Under the pieces are notes generated by a model, which was not told where the DNA came from, did no database searches, and saw only the letters and a program-made list of their open reading frames with translations. Below, one piece after another: positions 1-8,407 of a stretch of 34,130 nt of DNA (positions are counted from its first letter, which is position 1; every line of letters starts with the position of its first letter). The stretch lies in IMG/VR virus record IMGVR_UViG_2859799533_000006; one strand, 5' to 3'. The DNA is from a virus. Its lineage: Duplodnaviria > Heunggongvirae > Uroviricota > Caudoviricetes. The position numbers and the translations under genes are program-made.

Positions 1-274
1 ATGAGCAGAAAAAACCAACGTTACTCTAAAGAGTTCAAAGCCGAAGCTGTCAGAACGGTTCTTGAAAATCAACTTTCGATCAGTGAAGGCGCTTCCCGAT
101 TATCCCTTCCTGAAGGCACTTTAGGACAATGGGTTACCGCCGCCAGAAAAGGGCTCGGTACTCCTGGTTCCCGCACGGTGGCTGAACTGGAATCTGAAAT
201 TCTGCAACTGCGTAAGGCGTTAAATGAAGCTCGCCTTGAGCGAGATATATTAAAAAAAGCAACAGCGTATTTTG
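1..274 (+). pseudogene. IS3-family transposase OrfA (N-terminal HTH part), 3' end replaced by the terminus of an IS66-family element
   Basis: ORF 1..309 (MSRKNQRYSKEFKAEAVRTV...LERDILKKATAYF) has IS3-family OrfA architecture; from nt 275 the frame runs into GTAAGCG, the typical start of an IS66-family terminal repeat. No IS3-type orfB follows. Confidence 0.55.
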
Positions 275-360
275 GTAAGCGTAAACTGACCGCCGTATGT
301 AGCCATTAAGCCTGTATTGGTAACGTAGGTGCCCACCTTTTCAACTAGTGGACACCTGTT

Positions 361-780
361 ATGGAACAGAAAGCATTATCTGCAGAATCCCGCAGATCAT
401 TTTCAAATGAGTTTAAACTTCAAATGGTTAAACTGGCTTCACAACCAGGAGCCTCTGTTGCCCGTATTGCCCGGGAACACGATATCAATGATAACCTGCT
501 GTTCAAATGGCTCAGGCTCTGGCAGAACGAAGGGCGCATATCGCGGCGTCTTCCGGTAACAACCTCTTCTGACACTGGCGTTGAATTATTACCTGTGGAG
601 ATAACGCCGGATGAGCCGAAAGAACCGGTGGCTGCTCTTACTCCGTCTTTATCTACTCAGACTACAGTTAGTGCCAGCTCCTGCAAGGTGGAGTTCCGTC
701 ACGGTAACATGACGCTGGAAAATCCTTCACCAGAGCTGCTCACAGTGTTGATCCGTGAACTGACCGGGAGGGGACGATGA
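361..780 (+). CDS. IS66-family accessory protein TnpA (Orf1)
   Basis: 139-aa ORF with HTH-like segment ASQPGASVARIAREHDINDNLLFKWL; first gene of the IS66-type triad; overlaps next ORF by ATGA. Confidence 0.8.
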   Translation: MEQKALSAESRRSFSNEFKLQMVKLASQPGASVARIAREHDINDNLLFKWLRLWQNEGRISRRLPVTTSSDTGVELLPVEITPDEPKEPVAALTPSLSTQTTVSASSCKVEFRHGNMTLENPSPELLTVLIRELTGRGR

Positions 781-1127
781 TCTCACTCCCGTCAGGCACC
801 CGCATCTGGCTCGTTGCTGGGATAACCGATATGCGTAAGTCTTTCAACGGGCTGGGTGAACAGGTACAGCATGTGCTGAATGATAATCCCTTCTCCGGTC
901 ACCTGTTCATCTTCCGTGGCCGACGGGGTGACATGATTAAAATCCTGTGGGCTGATGCTGATGGTCTGTGCCTGTTCACCAGACGCCTGGAGGAAGGCCA
1001 GTTTATCTGGCCTGCTGTGCGTGACGGCAAGGTATCCATTACCCGCTAGCAACTGGCAATGCTCCTCGATAAGCTGGACTGGCGTCAGCCAAAAACATCC
1101 CGCCTTAACGCACTGACAATGTTGTAA
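777..1127 (+). pseudogene. IS66-family TnpB (Orf2) carrying an in-frame TAG at 1047..1049
   Basis: Frame from 777 reads ...GKVSITR-TAG-QLAMLLDKLDWRQPKTSRLNALTML-TAA; total about 116 codons, the usual TnpB length. Confidence 0.7.
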
Positions 1128-1157
1128 AAATGTCATGGCCGGATTATAAAAACGGCC

Positions 1158-2750
1158 ATGAATCAAAAATACCTCATTCGCATTGCAGAACTGGAATGCC
1201 AGCTCCGTCAGAAAGACCAGCAACTGAGTCTGGTTGAAGAGACGGAGGCCTTCCTGCGCTCTGCACTGGCCCGCGCCGAAGAAAAGATCGAAGAAGATGA
1301 ACGGGAAATAGAACATCTGCGGGCTCAGATAGAAAAACTGCGCCGGATGCTGTTCGGTACCCGTTCTGAAAAACTGCGTCGTGAAGTTGAACAGGCTGAG
1401 GCCCTGCTGAAACAACGCGAACAGGACAGTGATCGTTACAGTGGGCGGGAAGACGATCCGCAGGTTCCCCGCCAGTTGCGACAGTCTCGTCATCGTCGCC
1501 CGTTACCGGAGCATCTGCCCCGCGAAATAAATCGCCTGGAGCCAGAAGAAAGCTGTTGCCCGGAGTGTGGCGGTGAGCTGGATTATCTGGGGGAAGTCAG
1601 CGCAGAACAACTGGAACTGGTGAGCAGCGCTCTGAAAGTGATCCGCACAGAACGGGTAAAAAAAGCCTGTACAAAATGTGACTGCATCGTTGAAGCACCG
1701 GCACCATCCCGTCCGATAGAGCGTGGTATCGCGGGCCCGGGGTTACTTGCCCGCGTGTTAACGGGAAAATACTGCGAACACCTGCCACTGTATCGTCAGA
1801 GTGAAATTTTTGCCCGTCAGGGTGTCGAACTGAGCCGTGCATTACTCTCCAACTGGGTTGACGCGTGCTGCCAGTTAATGACGCCGCTGAATGATGCTCT
1901 GTACCGTTATGTGATGAACAGCCGCAAAGTTCACACTGATGACACACCAGTAAAAGTGCTGGCACCGGGCAGGAAGAAGGCGAAAACAGGATATATCTGG
2001 ACGTATGTCCGGGATGACAGGAATGCCGGTTCGCCAGAGCCTCCGGCGGTCTGGTTCGCCTACTCACCGGACCATCAGGGTAAACATCCGGAGCAGCACC
2101 TTAGTCCCTTCCGGGGTATCCTGCAGGCAGATGCGTTTAATGGTTACGATCGGCTGTTCAGTGCCGAACGAGAAGGCGGCGCGTTGACGGAAGCAGGATG
2201 CTGGGCTCATGCGCGGCGCAAAGTCCACGATGTATATATCAGTACCAAAAGCGCGACAGCGGAAGAAGCCCTGAAACTAATCGGTGAGCTGTACGCCATC
2301 GAGCACGAAATACGCGGGTTGCCGGTGTCTGAACGCCTGGCGGTCAGGCAAATGCAGAGTAAACCGCTACTGACTTCCCTGTATAAGCTGATGCAGGAGA
2401 AAGAACACACGTTATCGAAAAAATGCCGTCTGAGAGATGCGTTCCGGTATATCAGGAAGCACTGGGTTGCGTTGTGCAACTTCAGTGATGATGGTCTGGC
2501 TGAGGCGGATAATAATGCCGCGGAAAGAGCGCTTCGTGCAGTCTGTCTCGGAAAGAAAAACTTTATGTTCTTCGGCAGCGATCACGGTGGAGAGCGTGGT
2601 GCGCTACTGTACGGGCTGATCGGCACCTGCCGACTGAACGGTATCGATCCGGAAGCGTATCTGCGCTATATCCTGAGCGTACTGCCGGAATGGCCTTCCA
2701 ACCGTGTTGACGAACTCCTGCCATGGAACGTAGCACTCACCAATAAATAA
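1158..2750 (+). CDS. IS66-family transposase TnpC
   Basis: 530-aa ORF with N-terminal coiled-coil/leucine zipper, CPECGGEL and CTKCDC zinc-finger motifs and a C-terminal catalytic region, as in IS66-family transposases. Confidence 0.9.
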   Translation: MNQKYLIRIAELECQLRQKDQQLSLVEETEAFLRSALARAEEKIEEDEREIEHLRAQIEKLRRMLFGTRSEKLRREVEQAEALLKQREQDSDRYSGREDDPQVPRQLRQSRHRRPLPEHLPREINRLEPEESCCPECGGELDYLGEVSAEQLELVSSALKVIRTERVKKACTKCDCIVEAPAPSRPIERGIAGPGLLARVLTGKYCEHLPLYRQSEIFARQGVELSRALLSNWVDACCQLMTPLNDALYRYVMNSRKVHTDDTPVKVLAPGRKKAKTGYIWTYVRDDRNAGSPEPPAVWFAYSPDHQGKHPEQHLSPFRGILQADAFNGYDRLFSAEREGGALTEAGCWAHARRKVHDVYISTKSATAEEALKLIGELYAIEHEIRGLPVSERLAVRQMQSKPLLTSLYKLMQEKEHTLSKKCRLRDAFRYIRKHWVALCNFSDDGLAEADNNAAERALRAVCLGKKNFMFFGSDHGGERGALLYGLIGTCRLNGIDPEAYLRYILSVLPEWPSNRVDELLPWNVALTNK

Positions 2751-2840
2751 GCGTCAATACGGTGCTCCGTTGACGCTGATATGACTTTCCGTGTCAAACC
2801 GGAATCTCTAATTTTGACGATTTTCTTTTTAGGTTTAATT

Positions 2841-3023
2841 CCCTGAGGGCGACGTAGCAGTAAATCCGACGGTGAATCACGCTGATATTCGCGGGTTGGA
2901 TACCGCATTACAGAGGTCCGTCATATGAGCCTGCCACTTTCTTACGTCGCGAATCAGCTTTGTTCCGCCGTCGCCAAGCGCTAACGTGGGTTACTCTTGT
3001 ACCGGGCTACGTCGCCTTCAGGG
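2841..3023. repeat. 18-bp inverted repeat (17/18 match) closing a ~147-nt segment between IS66 tnpC and the IS110-family recombinase gene
   Basis: ccctgagggcgacgtagc (2841..2858) versus gctacgtcgccttcaggg (3006..3023); the single mismatch is a G-U pair if transcribed from the plus strand and a C-A mismatch from the minus strand. Confidence 0.7.
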
Positions 3024-3041
3024 AACTGGTTATTCTCATTT

Positions 3042-4169
3042 TTATTTGTGACATTGTGGTTGTTGTGCGACAGACATTGCTATTCGGCCCATATCCCAGA
3101 TAAAACCCGCCAGCTCACGTGCAACAGCAACAATTGTAATATTGACATTCTTTCCTTTGGCCTGAAGTTTTCGATACCTCTTACAAAGCCTGAGTTGAGC
3201 ATCCCATGCTCTGTCAATGACGGGGCGGGGTAAATTTTCCTGCCTTTTTTGTATTGCCGGACTGATGCGTGCCGGATGACGGTAACTCCACGCTGCCTCG
3301 ACCAATAGCTTTCTGGCATAGCTGTTTCCGGCTTTGGTAATGCTGCCCTGATGTCTGCTTCCACCCGATGAATATTCTGATGGCGTGATACCAAACCATG
3401 ACATCAGTTGTCGTGGATGTTCAAAACGGGTCAGATCACCCAGTTCAGAAATTAATCCAACCGCAGTAATAAACTGAATCCCTCGCATGGCTTGCAGCGC
3501 CTCTACTACCGGATACAGCCTCCATTCGGTAACGGCCTCCTTCAGGGCGGATTCCAGCCGTTCACATTGTGCCTGCCGGTCTTCTATTGTACGACGGTGT
3601 TCGTCAAAAGCTAATTGTCGCCAGGGACTTTCGAATGAGTATTTGCTGAGCCAGCGTCGGTGTGCAGGGCCCCAATCTGCTCGCCCGACATAATGGACCC
3701 CATGAACCAGAAGAAACGATTTCAGACGTTGCCTTGCATGCCGTAAATCATCGCGGGCAGATGCCCATGCCCGGGCCAAATCCCGGAATGCCTCATCTTC
3801 AATGCCGGGTACGTAGACAGCAGAAAGATCTCCTGCACGCAGTGAACGCACAAGTCTGATGGCATCACGGCGATCGGTTTTAACCCGCTCCCCCGGTTTT
3901 TTCGGGATAAGTGAGGGGGCGCAGACCATGCAGTCAAAACCGGATTTCACCAGCCGACGATAAAGTCCATAACCACAGGGCCCCGCTTCATAAACGATAC
4001 TGACCTGCGATGACTTTGACCTGAGACGTTTACAAAGATTCTGAATATCAGTAGGTGATGTGCCAATTTTACCCATCAGTTCAACAGGTTCTGAATTGAT
4101 AGCATAAGCGACAGTAATCGATTCTTTGTGAACATCTAACCCGACGTACAATGTGTTATTGTTGTTCAT
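3042..4169 (-). CDS. IS110-family transposase/recombinase
   Basis: 375 aa from MNNNNTLYVGLDVHKESITV (IS110-family N-terminal motif) with GGAGG 6 nt upstream of the ATG at 4169; the ORF track extends 16 codons further upstream to 4217. Confidence 0.85.
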   Translation of the reverse strand: MNNNNTLYVGLDVHKESITVAYAINSEPVELMGKIGTSPTDIQNLCKRLRSKSSQVSIVYEAGPCGYGLYRRLVKSGFDCMVCAPSLIPKKPGERVKTDRRDAIRLVRSLRAGDLSAVYVPGIEDEAFRDLARAWASARDDLRHARQRLKSFLLVHGVHYVGRADWGPAHRRWLSKYSFESPWRQLAFDEHRRTIEDRQAQCERLESALKEAVTEWRLYPVVEALQAMRGIQFITAVGLISELGDLTRFEHPRQLMSWFGITPSEYSSGGSRHQGSITKAGNSYARKLLVEAAWSYRHPARISPAIQKRQENLPRPVIDRAWDAQLRLCKRYRKLQAKGKNVNITIVAVARELAGFIWDMGRIAMSVAQQPQCHK

Positions 4170-4384
4170 GCTGGCCTCCGTGGTGGAAATACCGGGGTGT
4201 AGCAACAGCTCACCCATGCGGCTCTGACAACGATGTTAACCCGCGTTAAATATCCCACGTTGGCCAGCATCTGTCTCACGGAAAGTCATACTGCCTTACT
4301 ATCGTATTGATTGATCTGCATCAAATTAACGTAAAAGCAACTTCAGATAATACAAATCAGCAACACTGAATATGGGGAAACATT

Positions 4385-4585
4385 ATGTCATCAAAGAACA
4401 GAACCCGCAGAACAACAACCCGCAACATCCGATTTCCAAACCAGATGATTGAACAAATTAACATCGCTCTTGATCTGAAAGGTTCAGGAAACTTTTCAGC
4501 GTGGGTTATTGAAGCCTGCAGGAGAAGGCTGGCAACAGATGCAACGCATCTGCGCCCGGCCAGCATGACAAATAACGAGAAATGA
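4385..4585 (+). CDS. small hypothetical protein, possibly a YlcI-like prophage protein
   Basis: 66-aa ORF MSSKNRTRRTTTRNIRFPNQMIEQINIALDLKG...; family assignment from memory only. Confidence 0.35.
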   Translation: MSSKNRTRRTTTRNIRFPNQMIEQINIALDLKGSGNFSAWVIEACRRRLATDATHLRPASMTNNEK

Positions 4586-4716
4586 ACGTTCGGTTACAGG
4601 AGCAGGTACCCACTGTCCTCCAACAATATTTCATCTTCATATCCGACGGAACAAGACTTACCCTGCCGGGATGTACAGAATAACAACAGAGTGATAATTA
4701 ATTTCTGATGAAATAA

Positions 4717-5049
4717 TCAGGGTGCGGAAGGACTAAAGATAAACGTTTTCTTCACGCCTTTACACGGCCTGTCCTTCTCAAATCGCCATTTTGCCATCGC
4801 CTTTACAACCTGCTCATCAAACAGATGGTGCGGCTCTGAACGAATAAACTCAATTCGGGTGACAGTACCATCAGCACCAATATCAAACCTCACATCAACC
4901 CGTCCCTTTATATAATTTGCCGCTGCATAGGCCGGATATTGTGGTAATGCCTTAACCAACTGTCGGGGCATATCTGTTTTATGTTGCGTACAGCCCATAA
5001 CCAGAGAAGACAACAAAATAATTAACGGAAGGTTTCTTTTCATTTTCAT
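4717..5049 (-). CDS. lipoprotein with TonB C-terminal-like domain
   Basis: Signal peptide with lipobox (MKMKRNLPLIILLSSLVMGC) and the pattern PQYPAYAAANYIKGRVDVRFDIGADGTVTRIEFIRSEP...KAMAKWRF characteristic of TonB C-terminal domains. Confidence 0.6.
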   Translation of the reverse strand: MKMKRNLPLIILLSSLVMGCTQHKTDMPRQLVKALPQYPAYAAANYIKGRVDVRFDIGADGTVTRIEFIRSEPHHLFDEQVVKAMAKWRFEKDRPCKGVKKTFIFSPSAP

Positions 5050-5387
5050 TCCCGGCACAGATAAGAATAAGTCTTATTCTAACAATGCCACCCTGTCGGT
5101 CATCAATCCTCTGCTTAATGGCAACGACAATTATCCGACTTAAATCACAAATCAGACACATGACATAACAGAGCTTGCGAGGTAACACATCGTCCGGTTT
5201 CTTCCACCATCGCACCGGACCAGCGACCATGAGGGGACAACGCCGCGCTCCGTTAACGCGGTAAACCCCGGTGTGTATCGTTTTTGATTATCCCCGCACA
5301 CTCGCGCAGAGGAGTCTCCCGGTCGGGCTGCGGTCTCTGTTAATGCGGGGATACGGCGACAATACCGCGCATGGTTAATAAGGTCGC

Positions 5388-5612
5388 TCAACACACTGGC
5401 TGTAATGCAGCGGATACCATGCGGCATTTAGCGGCATTCATCGTACACTCAACGGTTAGCTCTTCATTCGTGGCATTCACCTGAAAGGTCCGGGAGTGTA
5501 ATTGCGTACATTTACCACTGAACGAACCTTCAACAAGAACACGACCACGCTGCAAAATACGGAACGGAATTGTTCCCTGAAAAGGCTTTACGGTTACCAG
5601 TAATTTCTTCAT
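5388..5612 (-). CDS. hypothetical protein downstream of Rz
   Basis: ORF with start MKKLLVTVKPFQG...; no recognisable motif. Confidence 0.3.
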   Translation of the reverse strand: MKKLLVTVKPFQGTIPFRILQRGRVLVEGSFSGKCTQLHSRTFQVNATNEELTVECTMNAAKCRMVSAALQPVC

Positions 5613-5635
5613 GCATTCTCCGGATAACAAAAATA

Positions 5636-6109
5636 CTAGTTAATACACTGAGTGCGGATATATTCCTGCGCCCCTTCCAGTTGCTTCTGCATTGTCATCA
5701 ACCGCTCTCTGAGGGTGAAATAATCCCGTTCAGCGGTGTCTGCCAGTCGGGGGCCGGTTGCATTATCCATTCCGGAGGTGCCGGTGGCTTCACGCACGGT
5801 ACCGGAGCAGGTGGCGTTGATCCGCAGGCGCTTACGACCAGCGGCAACATCAGCACGCAGAGTTTCATTTTCAGCTCTCGCATCGGCTAATTCCCTTGAG
5901 TATCTGGCATCAAGCGCAGCAACATCACGCTGGCGCTGCTGCATGTCAGTAATGGTTGCGTTTGCCAGCTCCAGCTCTCTGGCTTTTTTATCGCGCTGCG
6001 CTTTGTAGGTGATGGCGTTATCACGGTAATGGTCTGTTGCCAGCCACAGCGCACCACAGACCACCAGCAGAATAACGGTAAACGCGGAAAGCATTCGGTT
6101 TATGTTCAC
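5636..6109 (-). CDS. Rz: i-spanin Rz
   Basis: Strong similarity to lambda Rz ([15 protein letters not shown]...[25 protein letters not shown]) with N-terminal TM segment; true start may be the internal Met at 6094. Confidence 0.9.
   Translation of the reverse strand: MNINRMLSAFTVILLVVCGALWLATDHYRDNAITYKAQRDKKARELELANATITDMQQRQRDVAALDARYSRELADARAENETLRADVAAGRKRLRINATCSGTVREATGTSGMDNATGPRLADTAERDYFTLRERLMTMQKQLEGAQEYIRTQCIN
5698..5883 (-). CDS. Rz1: o-spanin Rz1 lipoprotein, embedded in the +1 frame of Rz
   Basis: [17 protein letters not shown]...[30 protein letters not shown] matches lambda Rz1 (lipobox plus proline-rich region) and lies entirely inside Rz. Confidence 0.85.
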   Translation of the reverse strand: MRELKMKLCVLMLPLVVSACGSTPPAPVPCVKPPAPPEWIMQPAPDWQTPLNGIISPSESG

Positions 6110-6237
6110 CCCAGCAGCCCCGACGAAGACAACATCATCCAGGCCATGGAAAGAAAAAGAGCAACCAGCATTAGTGAAAATGAAATGCCGACAATTACAC
6201 AGAGGATCTTCGCCAGCGTTATGAGTTTGTCTGACAT
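6106..6237 (-). CDS. small single-TM peptide upstream of Rz (speculative)
   Basis: [38 protein letters not shown]; stop overlaps the Rz start (ATGA). Overlaps the alternative ORF 6252..6434 in another frame. Confidence 0.25.
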   Translation of the reverse strand: MSDKLITLAKILCVIVGISFSLMLVALFLSMAWMMLSSSGLLG

Positions 6238-6251
6238 GCTTAATCCTCCCT

Positions 6252-6434
6252 TCACGATTTCAACGCAATGACCAGTTTTGCCAGCCCATACAGCATCGGG
6301 GACACAGCAACACCGACCGCCACCCACTTAATGGCAAAAGCCAGTGCTCTGCTGATGTCATCAGTTACAGGCGCTTTCAGTTCAAGGCCGTTTTTCATGG
6401 TCAACCTCAACAGAATTCGTTTATACTTCGCCAT
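6252..6434 (-). CDS. small membrane protein between endolysin and Rz (speculative)
   Basis: [60 protein letters not shown] with a C-terminal hydrophobic segment. Confidence 0.25.
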   Translation of the reverse strand: MAKYKRILLRLTMKNGLELKAPVTDDISRALAFAIKWVAVGVAVSPMLYGLAKLVIALKS

Positions 6435-6590
6435 GTTCTCCCTTGCCTTACTCAAGGTCAGAAACACAAAACCCCGCTTGGTGCCAACAAACGGGGTTTT
6501 TACTTTTATTCACTTACGTTTCGCCAGTTCGCAGGATTTCGTGTTATCCGTCCGCGTGCTCATGCCTTATTTTTCAGCAAAATATTCTGC

Positions 6591-7124
6591 TTATCTGTCG
6601 ATGTCCCAGCACGCCAGCGCACTTTCCTGGTCTCGCCGGGATACCTGACCGTAGCAATTATTTGAGCGGATACGGCAGTCTCTGCCACCGTCCTTAATCC
6701 ACCAGCGAATCGCTTCGCATGCTCCCCTGCGGTCACCAGCATTAATCCGTCTGTAAAACGTCGACGGGAAACACTTACCGGGGCCAATGTTATAGGGACA
6801 AAATGACGCGATACCCGCTTTCTGGGGTTCGGTCAGCGGCACTTTAATATTGCGCTCCACCCATGCCAGCGCCTTATCACGCTCAATGGCGTTGACCTGG
6901 TCGCATTTTTCCTTCGACAACTTCATGCCCGGGACGACAGGTTTACTATCCACCAGAATGGCACCGCGGCAGATGGTCCAGATACCCGCGCCATCACGGT
7001 ATGCCGTGGTGTGGTTACCTTCCTTTTCATCCAGAAACTGGTCGAGGATTTCAGGCGCAGGCGCACCTGCGGCAATCAGCGCCAGAACGGCAGCCGACAG
7101 GCCGTATTTGATTTTGGTGTTCAT
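6591..7124 (-). CDS. R: SAR endolysin (phage lysozyme, T4/P1/phage-21 R type)
   Basis: N-terminal signal-anchor-release domain (LSAAVLALIAAGAPAPE) followed by the catalytic E...D...T motif (EGNHTTAYRDGAGIWTICRG); partnered with a pinholin. Confidence 0.9.
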   Translation of the reverse strand: MNTKIKYGLSAAVLALIAAGAPAPEILDQFLDEKEGNHTTAYRDGAGIWTICRGAILVDSKPVVPGMKLSKEKCDQVNAIERDKALAWVERNIKVPLTEPQKAGIASFCPYNIGPGKCFPSTFYRRINAGDRRGACEAIRWWIKDGGRDCRIRSNNCYGQVSRRDQESALACWDIDR

Positions 7125-7174
7125 GGATATTTATCAGGGTTTATCGATTTCAAATCCCTGGATATGTTAAGTCT

Positions 7175-7519
7175 TCAGGCCAGCGGTGGAGTCTTCAGAG
7201 AACCCGTAATTATTCCCGGTAGTTTTCCTCTGTAGGTTATCAACACATCCTGCGCCTCTAAAATTACGGGGCGCTTTTCCGGCAACGGACCATCCCCTTC
7301 ACATAACCCGGCAGCAACATCCATGAAAAACTGCTTCGCCTGCTTTTTCGCCTCAGCTTCGTAAAACTCCAGCGTGGCATCTTCAGTACGGTCAAGACTA
7401 ATCGCCACATCTGGCAACAACAGTGACGGATACCCACCAATTTCCAGTGCCACAGTAACAGTAATCTTATTCGGGTAATTATTTATCCCTTTAACAACCA
7501 GTTCGTATTTTTTCTTCAT
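7175..7519 (-). CDS. hypothetical protein inserted between holin and endolysin genes
   Basis: 114-aa ORF MKKKYELVVKGINNYPNKITV... with GGAG 10 nt upstream of the ATG, overlapping the holin stop. Confidence 0.55.
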   Translation of the reverse strand: MKKKYELVVKGINNYPNKITVTVALEIGGYPSLLLPDVAISLDRTEDATLEFYEAEAKKQAKQFFMDVAAGLCEGDGPLPEKRPVILEAQDVLITYRGKLPGIITGSLKTPPLA

Positions 7520-7523
7520 CGCT

Positions 7524-7739
7524 TTACTCTCCCCGCGCCGCCTTACGACGGTCCTCTCTGATTTTGAAATACAGGTTAGTCAGATATGTCAGCAGCCCAA
7601 ACAACAGACTCCCCAGCACGCCTATTGCCGCCCACTGAGACGGGGAAACCCTGTCCAGCAACTGCAGGAACCAGTAGCCCGTTCCCACCGCTGACGTGGT
7701 GTATGACACACCTGTTGTGATTTTTTCCATCTGGTACAT
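7524..7739 (-). CDS. S: pinholin (phage 21 S21-like) with dual-start motif
   Basis: [71 protein letters not shown] closely matches phage 21 S; starts at Met1 and Met4 as in the antiholin/holin dual-start arrangement. Confidence 0.9.
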   Translation of the reverse strand: MYQMEKITTGVSYTTSAVGTGYWFLQLLDRVSPSQWAAIGVLGSLLFGLLTYLTNLYFKIREDRRKAARGE

Positions 7740-7815
7740 ACCCCGTCTCCCGCAATCCGGAAGCTCACAACAATATAAAGACCACCGGCACACACCGATG
7801 GTCCCTTGCGCATGC

Positions 7816-8061
7816 TTACATCATCATGTCGCTGTCAGGTGTAGGTTCACCGCCATCTGAAGCACTCCCGTCACCCGCGATACCTTCCGGCTCAGGAACC
7901 GCTGCTACGCCCAGCAGCTCATCCAGAATGGCATCCACTTCTGCATCAAGACGCGACTCAAGATTCTGGCGAAGTTTCTGTTTCAGTGCGCTCCGGACTT
8001 CTTCAGAGCGCAGGACTTCCTTCACTGCCTCTGCAGTGACCAGGGATGTGATTTCTGACAT
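7816..8061 (-). CDS. hypothetical acidic protein upstream of the lysis cassette
   Basis: [51 protein letters not shown]... with acidic C-terminus. Confidence 0.45.
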   Translation of the reverse strand: MSEITSLVTAEAVKEVLRSEEVRSALKQKLRQNLESRLDAEVDAILDELLGVAAVPEPEGIAGDGSASDGGEPTPDSDMMM

Positions 8062-8086
8062 GGGATTTTCTCGCTGAAAGGGGTTG

Positions 8087-8269
8087 TTAAGGAGTAACGG
8101 GTTCTTCGGGTTTGCTTCCGGCTGACTGACTGGCGCTGATTTTCTCAGCGGCCCTTTTATCAATCTGCCTGCACCAGAAATCGCGCACAGCCCTGTACCC
8201 ACCCGAAAGAAGATACAGCACACAGACCGCCGTACAGAAGTACAGCATCACCTGATGAATAAATGTCAT
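8087..8269 (-). CDS. small putative membrane protein
   Basis: 60-aa ORF with hydrophobic segment MLYFCTAVCVLYLLSGGY. Confidence 0.3.
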   Translation of the reverse strand: MTFIHQVMLYFCTAVCVLYLLSGGYRAVRDFWCRQIDKRAAEKISASQSAGSKPEEPVTP

Positions 8270-8407
8270 AATTTCTTACCGTTATGGTTGACAATGAGAA
8301 TTGTTTTCATTTAAAAACCAATGTACGAAAGCATCTTTTCTTTACATTCTCCATTGGGATTACCTCCGCCAGCTTCCATTCCTGCCGCTGGCGGCTTTTT
8401 TTAGCAA

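Larger units (their letters stand above)
275..2942 (+). mobile_element. IS66-family insertion sequence (ISEc8-like) with tnpA-tnpB-tnpC; right boundary uncertain
   Basis: Left end GTAAGCGTAAACTGACCGCC at 275; three co-oriented ORFs typical of IS66 family. An imperfect match to the inverted left end lies at 2926..2942 (gcctgccactttcttac); no clean 8-bp target duplication seen. Confidence 0.5.

Noticed and set aside
792-1493. 233-aa minus-strand ORF
   Set aside because: Lies antisense across IS66-family tnpA and tnpB, with no recognisable motif; most likely a spurious open frame.
1597-2067. 156-aa minus-strand ORF
   Set aside because: Entirely antisense within the well-supported IS66-family transposase gene.
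2751-2776. Hairpin gcgtcaa...ttgacgc immediately after the tnpC stop as a rho-independent terminator
   Set aside because: A 7-bp stem with a 12-nt loop and no following U-tract on either strand; kept only as possible structure within the IS terminus.
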